Source: Pseudomonadota bacterium (GTDB lineage Bacteria; Pseudomonadota; Gammaproteobacteria; Burkholderiales; Burkholderiaceae_C). Taken from it: DNA of 64,000 nt. Below the pieces are notes generated by a model. That model did not search any database. It saw only the letters and a list, made by a program, of their open reading frames with translations, and was not told the origin of the DNA. Below, in pieces: positions 56,936 through 64,000 of this stretch (position 1 is the first letter of the stretch; every line of letters begins with the position of its first letter). The stretch spans positions 27,098 to 91,097 of the forward strand of contig JAVHYA010000009.1 in NCBI GenBank assembly GCA_031119395.1, written 5' to 3'. Position numbers and translations under genes: made by a program.

Positions 56936-57706
56936 TCAGAGGAACATGCCGCCCGACACCTCGACGCGCTGGCCGGTCATCCAGCCGTTGCCCGGTTGCA
57001 GCAGCGCCGCGATGGCGCCGCCGATGTCGTCGGGCAGGCCGACGCGGCCGAGCGCGGTCTGCGCGGCGATGGCGGCGTTGAGGTCCTTGTTGTCGCGCAC
57101 GGCGCCGCCGCCGAAGTCGGTCTCGATGGCGCCGGGGGCGATCACGTTCACCGCGATGCCACGCGGGCCCAGTTCCTTGGCCAGGTAGCGCGTCAGCACC
57201 TCGATGCCGCCCTTCATCGCCGCGTAGGCGCCGTAGCCCGGCAGCGCGAAACGCGCCAGGCCGCTGGAGACGTTCAGGATGCGGCCGCCGTCCTCGATGA
57301 GCGGCAGCAGCACCTGGGTCAGGAAGAAGGGGCCCTTCAGGTGCACGGCCACGAGTTCGTCGAACTGCGCCTCGGTGGTCTGCGCGATGGGGGCGTTGAC
57401 GCCGATGCCCGCGTTGTTCACGAGGTGGTCGAAGCGCTCGCGCTGCCAGGTGGTGGCGAGCGCCTGCTTCAGCGCCGCCGCGAAGTCGCCGAAGGACTTC
57501 GACTGCGAGACGTCCAGCGGCAGCGCCACGGCGCGGCGGCCCAGGGCCTCGATCTCCTGCACCACGGCCTGCGCTTCGCCAGCGCTGCTGCGGTAGGTGA
57601 GCACGATGTCGATGCCGGCGCGCGCCAGGTGCAGCGCCGCGTTGCGGCCCAGGCCGCGGCTGCCGCCGGTGATGAGGGCGATGGGGGTGGCGGTGGGGGT
57701 GGTCAT
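56936..57706 (-). CDS. SDR family oxidoreductase
   Basis: LITGGSRGLG, NNAGIG, YAAMK, APGAIETDF. Confidence 0.94.
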   Translation of the reverse strand: MTTPTATPIALITGGSRGLGRNAALHLARAGIDIVLTYRSSAGEAQAVVQEIEALGRRAVALPLDVSQSKSFGDFAAALKQALATTWQRERFDHLVNNAGIGVNAPIAQTTEAQFDELVAVHLKGPFFLTQVLLPLIEDGGRILNVSSGLARFALPGYGAYAAMKGGIEVLTRYLAKELGPRGIAVNVIAPGAIETDFGGGAVRDNKDLNAAIAAQTALGRVGLPDDIGGAIAALLQPGNGWMTGQRVEVSGGMFL

Positions 57707-57823
57707 GTCGGTCCTTTCGATCAGGGTGGGTGTCGATGGACTGAACTTTATGGGCCGACAATCGATGGATAAAGCGGTTCAAAATCGCTTCACTGTTCAT
57801 TTTGAATTGACAATTGGACCGCC

Positions 57824-58747
57824 ATGGACCTCGACGCCCTGCGCATCTACCTGCTGGTGGCCGAATCGGCCAGCTTCACCCGTGCCGCCGAGCGGCTGGG
57901 CCTGACGCGGGCGCGCGTGTCCGCCGTCGTGCAGCAACTGGAAGCCGAGCTGGGCACGCGCCTCCTGCAGCGCACGACGCGCAGCGTGCGCGTGACGCCC
58001 GACGGGCAGCTCTTCGCCGAACGCGCCCAGGCGCTGGTGGGCGAGGCCGACGAGCTGCAGGCGCTGTTCCAGCGCGTGCCGGCGGCGTTGCGCGGGCGGC
58101 TGCGGGTCGACATGCCCGGCCAGCTGTCGAGCCAGGTGCTGATTCCGCGGCTGCCCGAGTTCCTCGCCGCCCACCCGCAGATCGAGCTGGAGCTCAGCAG
58201 CACGGACCGCCGGGTCGACCTGGTGCACGAGGGCTTCGACTGCGTGATCCGCGCCGGCGCGCTGCGCGAGTCGGGGCTGGTGGCGCGGCCCCTGGGCCTG
58301 CTGTCGCAGATCAACGTGGCCAGCCCGGCCTACATCGCCGCCCACGGCATGCCGCGCACGCTGGAGGACCTGGCGCGGCATCGCCTGGTGCGCTATTCGT
58401 CCACGCTGGGCGGCGCGGCGCCCGGATGGGAGTACACGACGCCCGAGGGACCGCAGATGCTGCCGATGGCCGCGGTGCTCACCGTCAACAACACCTTCGC
58501 CTACGAGTCGGCGTGCCTCGCGGGGCTGGGCATCATCCAGGCGCCCGCGCTGGGTCTGCAGGGGTGGATCGACAGCGGCCGGCTGGTGGAACTGCTGCCC
58601 CGGTACCGCGCCGATCCGCTGCCGGTGACGCTGCTCTACGCCCACCGCCGCCAGGTCGCGCGGCGCGTGCAGGCCTTCATGGACTGGGTGGCGGCGGTGA
58701 TGGCCGAGGTGCTGTCGCCGGCGCCCGATCTGCTATCGAAACAATAG
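57824..58747 (+). CDS. LysR-family regulator (CrgA-like)
   Basis: SFTRAAERL HTH, RLLQRTTR, LRGRLRVD, VDLVHEGFDCVIR. Confidence 0.95.
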   Translation: MDLDALRIYLLVAESASFTRAAERLGLTRARVSAVVQQLEAELGTRLLQRTTRSVRVTPDGQLFAERAQALVGEADELQALFQRVPAALRGRLRVDMPGQLSSQVLIPRLPEFLAAHPQIELELSSTDRRVDLVHEGFDCVIRAGALRESGLVARPLGLLSQINVASPAYIAAHGMPRTLEDLARHRLVRYSSTLGGAAPGWEYTTPEGPQMLPMAAVLTVNNTFAYESACLAGLGIIQAPALGLQGWIDSGRLVELLPRYRADPLPVTLLYAHRRQVARRVQAFMDWVAAVMAEVLSPAPDLLSKQ

Positions 58748-58793
58748 CTGCTCGCGCCCGCCGGATGGGCGCTGCAGCCTCATTCGGCTCGAA
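58731..58793 (+). repeat. REP-like family A copy supplying the LysR stop codon
   Basis: TGCTATCGAAACAATAGCTGCTCGCGCCCGCCGGATGGGCGCTGCAGCCTCATTCGGCTCGAA. Confidence 0.88.
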
Positions 58794-58826
58794 TCGGTGG
58801 GCCGCGGCGCCGTGGGGCGCGGGTGC

Positions 58827-60215
<1,389 letters not shown>

Positions 60216-60252
60216 GCGGTGTCCAGATGGGGCGGCGGGCGGGTGGAGGGGA

Positions 60253-60993
60253 TCAGGACCGCAGCAGCGTGTCGCGCAGCGTCTGCAGCCAGGCGTGCAC
60301 GGCCTGCGGGCCCTCCAGCCGCTGCGCCGCGCGCGTGCTGCCCGGGCCGATCTTGATGCCCATGCCGCCGGGGCGCGACTGCACCACGGCGAAGCCGGTC
60401 TCGTCGGTGGTGTCGTCGCCCGCGAAGACCGGGTGGCGACCCTCGAAGGGCGCTTCCTTCAGGAAGGCATCGATCGCGATGCCCTTGTTCACGCCGGCCG
60501 GCTTGATCTCGACCACGCACTTGCCGTGCAGCAGTTCGAACTGCGGCTGCGTGCCGACCACCTCGGCCATGGTGTCCAGGCACAGCTGCTCCAGCGCCGG
60601 CGCCAGCCGGTAGTGCAGCGCGATGGCGGCATGCTTGCGCTCCACCAGCAGGCCGGCGTGGCGCGAGGCCAGGGCGTTGGCGGCGTCGAGCACGCCGGTG
60701 AGGTCGGGCGCGGCGGCTTCCTGCATGCGGCCGTCGGCATCGCGGCGCTGCACGCCGTGTTCACCGGCGGCCGGCAGGCGCAGGGGCGCGAGGAAACGGT
60801 CCAGCACGTCGATGGGGCGGCCCGACACGACGGCCAGCGCGCCGCCCAGGAGCTCGTGCAGTTCGATCAGCAGCGGCACCAGGCCGGGAGGCACTTCGAC
60901 GGCTTCGGGTGTTTCGGCGATCGCGACGAGCGTGCCGTCGAAATCGAGGAAGAGGGCCGCATCGCGGCCCGGGAGTGGCGGGGACGTCTGCAT
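60253..60993 (-). CDS. otsB: Trehalose-6-phosphate phosphatase
   Basis: LFLDFDGTL, VSGR, GEHG, VNKG, FAGDDTTDE. Confidence 0.96.
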   Translation of the reverse strand: MQTSPPLPGRDAALFLDFDGTLVAIAETPEAVEVPPGLVPLLIELHELLGGALAVVSGRPIDVLDRFLAPLRLPAAGEHGVQRRDADGRMQEAAAPDLTGVLDAANALASRHAGLLVERKHAAIALHYRLAPALEQLCLDTMAEVVGTQPQFELLHGKCVVEIKPAGVNKGIAIDAFLKEAPFEGRHPVFAGDDTTDETGFAVVQSRPGGMGIKIGPGSTRAAQRLEGPQAVHAWLQTLRDTLLRS

Positions 60994-61079
60994 CTGCGGG
61001 CACCTTAGCACGGGCCGCGGCGCCCGCGCGTCGGTCAAAGCCGGCAGTTGCCGCGGGCCCGCGCGGCTGCGCGAGAGGG

Positions 61080-62339
61080 TCAGAGCCCGGCCGCCGCCAC
61101 GGCCGTCACGCGCGCGGCATGGATCGCCTGCCCGATCTGCGGCCCCTTGGCGCCGCGCGCCGCCGCCTCGCGCGCGATGCCCTCGGTGGCCACCGACTGC
61201 GCGGCCTCCAGAGCGCGCAGCAGGCGCGGCCGCTGCGGGTAGGGCGCGTCTTCCAGGCCCAGGCGTCCACGGGCATCGCACTCGCAGGCCAGCAGCGCCG
61301 CGTCGAAGCGCTGCGGCTTGCGGAAGGCATCGCAGCGCTCGAGCAGGCGCACCAGCGCGGCGGCCTCGAAGCCTTCGCTGCGGTGGATGTTGCCGTGCTC
61401 GCGCGCCACCACCTCGGCCAGTTCGCGCACCTCGGTCGGCACGCGCCAGCGCTCGCACACGCCGGCCAGCAGCCGGGCGCTGCGCTGCTCGTGGCCGATG
61501 TGGCGCGGCAGCACGTCGGCCGGCGTGGTGGCCTTGCCCAGGTCGTGCGTGAGGCAGGCGAAGCGCACCGGCAGGGGCGCCGCCAAGCGCGCGCTCATGT
61601 CCAGCACCATCATCAGGTGCACGCCGGTGTCGCCCTCGGGGTGGTGCTGCGGCGGCTGCGGGACGCCCCACAGCGCGTCGACCTCGGGCAGCAGCACCTT
61701 CAGCGCCCCGCAGGCGCGCAGCACCTCGAACATGCGCGAGGGCTTCGCCTCCATCAGCCCGCGCGCGAGCTCCTGCCACACGCGCTCCGGCACGAGGGCA
61801 TCGACCTCGCCGTCGGCGACCATGCCGCGCATCAGCGCCATCGTCTCGGGCGCCACGGTGAAGTCGTGGAAGCGGGCCGCGAAGCGCGCCAGCCGCAGGA
61901 TGCGCACCGGGTCTTCGCGGAAGGCGTCGGTCACATGGCGCAGCACCTTGCGCTGCAGGTCGCCGCGGCCGCCATGGGGGTCGATCAGCGCCGCAGTTTC
62001 AGGGTCGAAATCGCCCGTGGCGCCCGCCACGCCTGCGGGAACCGCTATGGAATTGATAGTGAGGTCGCGCCGCGCGAGGTCCTGCTCCAGCGTCACGTCG
62101 GGCGCCGTGTGGACGGCGAAGCCGCGGTAGCCGGGGCCGCTCTTGCGCTCGGTGCGGGCCAGCGCGTGCTCCTCGTGCGTCTGCGGATGCAGGAACACGG
62201 GGAAGTCGCGCCCGACCGGCACGAAGCCCTGCGCCACCATCTCATCGGGCGTGGCGCCGACCACGACCCAGTCGCGGTCGGACACGCTCAGGCCGAGCAG
62301 GCGGTCGCGCACGGCGCCGCCGACGAGGTAGATCTCCAT
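61080..62339 (-). CDS. cca: Multifunctional CCA-adding enzyme with HD domain, carrying a repeat-derived insertion
   Basis: YLVGGAVRDRLLG, DRDWVV, DLARRDLTINSIA, FREDPVRILR, HPEGDTGVH, THDLGK. Confidence 0.97.
   Translation of the reverse strand: MEIYLVGGAVRDRLLGLSVSDRDWVVVGATPDEMVAQGFVPVGRDFPVFLHPQTHEEHALARTERKSGPGYRGFAVHTAPDVTLEQDLARRDLTINSIAVPAGVAGATGDFDPETAALIDPHGGRGDLQRKVLRHVTDAFREDPVRILRLARFAARFHDFTVAPETMALMRGMVADGEVDALVPERVWQELARGLMEAKPSRMFEVLRACGALKVLLPEVDALWGVPQPPQHHPEGDTGVHLMMVLDMSARLAAPLPVRFACLTHDLGKATTPADVLPRHIGHEQRSARLLAGVCERWRVPTEVRELAEVVAREHGNIHRSEGFEAAALVRLLERCDAFRKPQRFDAALLACECDARGRLGLEDAPYPQRPRLLRALEAAQSVATEGIAREAAARGAKGPQIGQAIHAARVTAVAAAGL
61997..62061 (-). repeat. REP-like family A copy inside cca
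   Basis: Minus strand CACTATCAATTCCATAGCGGTTCCCGCAGGCGTGGCGGGCGCCACGGGCGATTTCGACCCTGAAA. Confidence 0.75.
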
Positions 62340-62443
62340 GGACCGAGTGTAGGAAGGCTGCGCATGCGAGGCCGCCGGGGGAACGCCGGACTTCTCCGCC
62401 GCCTCCAACACGCTCCGCAAAACCATTCCTACAAGGAGCTTCC

Positions 62444-63184
62444 ATGGTCAGGAGACAACATGCAGCGGCGCTGGGCGCCGTGGCGGCCGCGGCCGCCTTG
62501 GCCTCGGCGCCCGCGATGGCGCAGCAGGCCGGCGACTGGGTCGTCGGCGCCGGCTGGTTCCACCTGTCGCCGCAGGATTCGAGCAAGCCGCTGACCTTCA
62601 CCGCGCCCGTGCCCGCCGTGGTGCCCGGCTCGGGCGCGCGCGTGAGCAATTCCGACACGCTGGGCCTGAGTGCGACCTACTTCATCGACCCGCACTGGGC
62701 GGTCGAAGGCGTGCTCGGCATCCCGCCCAGGTTCAGGCTCTACGGCACCGGCACGCTGGAGCGGGTCGGTGAGCTGGGCCAGGCCCGCCAATGGAGCCCG
62801 ACGATCCTGGGCAAGTACTACTTCAACGACGCCGAGGCGCGCTTTCGACCCTTCGTCGGCCTCGGCGCGACCTACGTCTGGTACAGCGACGTGAACCTGA
62901 GTTCGAGCCTGCAGGGAGCGCTGGGCAGTCAACTGCACCAGGCACCGCTGTCGACGGTGACGAGCGCCAAGCTCGACAGTTCCTTCGCGCCGGTCTTCAA
63001 CGTCGGTGCGGCCTGGCAGTTCGACCGGCACTGGGGCGTGTCGCTGTCGGTCTCGTACATCCCGCTCAGGACCACGGCCAAGCTGACGACGACCACCTCG
63101 TTCGGCCTGCCGATCGCCAGCAGCCAGGCCAGCCTCAAGCTCAACCCGGTGGTGACCTACCTGGCGGCGACCTACCGCTTCTGA
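62444..63184 (+). CDS. OmpW-family outer membrane protein
   Basis: Signal peptide; YFIDPHWAVEGVLGIP, PFVGLGATY; C-terminal aromatic residue (YRF). Confidence 0.92.
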   Translation: MVRRQHAAALGAVAAAAALASAPAMAQQAGDWVVGAGWFHLSPQDSSKPLTFTAPVPAVVPGSGARVSNSDTLGLSATYFIDPHWAVEGVLGIPPRFRLYGTGTLERVGELGQARQWSPTILGKYYFNDAEARFRPFVGLGATYVWYSDVNLSSSLQGALGSQLHQAPLSTVTSAKLDSSFAPVFNVGAAWQFDRHWGVSLSVSYIPLRTTAKLTTTTSFGLPIASSQASLKLNPVVTYLAATYRF

Positions 63185-63191
63185 CCCGCGA

Positions 63192-63881
63192 TCAGCGCGA
63201 CGTGCGATACGGCTCGTCGAAGGGCACGAAGTCGTGCTCCTTCAGCGCGTCGTCGATCCAGGCCTGCGCGCCGGGCAGCGCCAGCAGGCGCTCGGCGTAC
63301 GCCTGCGCCTGGGCGGCCACGGGCAGGCCGTAGGTGCGGATGCGCGAGGCCACGGGCGCGAAGTACGCGTCGGCGATGCCGAAGTCGCCGAACAGCATCG
63401 GGCCGCCGTGCGTCGCCAGCAGCTCGGTCCACATGCCGCCGATGCGATCGAGGTCGGCGCGCACGGCGGCCTGTTCGCGCACGATCTTCTGCCCGACCTC
63501 GCGCAGGTCAGCCTCGATGTTCATGGGGCAGTGCTTGCGCAGCGCGGTGAAGCCGGCGTGCATCTCGGCGCACACGCTGCGGGCGCGGGCGCGCGCGGCC
63601 ACGTCGCGCGGCCACAGCGCCTGGTCGGGAAAGCGTTCGGCGACGTACTCGGCGATGGCCAGGGTGTCCCACACGGCGAGTTCGCCATCGACCAGCACGG
63701 GCACCGTGCCGTTGGGATTGAGCGCCTTGACGGTGGCCTTGAAGGCCGAGTCGCCGTCGAAGGAGTCGAAGCGCACCATCACCTCCTCGAACGGGATGCC
63801 GGCCTGCCGGAGCAGCACCCATGGCCGCATGGACCACGAGGAGTAGTTCTTGTTGCCGATGTAGAGCTTGAGCGTCGCCAT
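63192..63881 (-). CDS. Glutathione S-transferase family protein
   Basis: IGNKNYSSWSMRPW, NPNGTVPVL, WDTLAIAEY, CAEMHAGF, IADAYFAPV. Confidence 0.95.
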   Translation of the reverse strand: MATLKLYIGNKNYSSWSMRPWVLLRQAGIPFEEVMVRFDSFDGDSAFKATVKALNPNGTVPVLVDGELAVWDTLAIAEYVAERFPDQALWPRDVAARARARSVCAEMHAGFTALRKHCPMNIEADLREVGQKIVREQAAVRADLDRIGGMWTELLATHGGPMLFGDFGIADAYFAPVASRIRTYGLPVAAQAQAYAERLLALPGAQAWIDDALKEHDFVPFDEPYRTSR

Positions 63882-64000
63882 GTCCGGTCCCTGGTGCGAT
63901 GTGAAGGCGCCGATGCTAGCGGCTCGCCTGCGCGGCGCTGATGCCGGATCGGCGCGGAATTGATGCCGAATCCGCGACGATGCGTTCAGACCGGGGGCTT

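Noticed and set aside
63938-63980. Short imperfect tandem repeat TGATGCCG(G/A)ATC
   Set aside because: Only two short units at the window edge; there is not enough context to support a function.

Overview
High-GC Betaproteobacterial chromosome segment. Gene content and protein sequences point to Comamonadaceae (Variovorax/Acidovorax-like); the genus is an inference. It is mostly core genes: prfC (partial), SAH riboswitch-ahcY-tlyA-metF, rlmJ, rplM-rpsI, erpA, anmK, tyrS, dtd, ybeY, phoH, ruvA, opgH, glrK-qseG-glrR-like, miaB, ttcA, folB, otsAB and cca. One ~15 kb accessory NRPS-PKS cluster is present (A-T-KS-AT-ACP-aminotransferase / C-A-T-C-T, a PPTase and two alpha/beta hydrolases, with no TE). 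Three things stand out. (1) A ~64-nt REP-like palindromic repeat occurs 11 times and has been recruited into proteins: in-frame segments in TlyA, CCA and a MidA-type methyltransferase, signal peptides, stop codons, a C-terminal tail and a gene truncation. A different palindrome is inserted in frame in ybeY. (2) A complete glmY-type promoter architecture (two TGTC-N10-GACA sites, two IHF sites and a perfect sigma54 -24/-12) lies right behind glrR and drives an apparently leaderless 66-aa ORF plus an orphan opgH. (3) The TE-less hybrid cluster ends in an A-less C-T module. No tRNA, rRNA, CRISPR array or transposase was seen. All calls come from reading motifs by eye, with no database searches, and start codons are best estimates.
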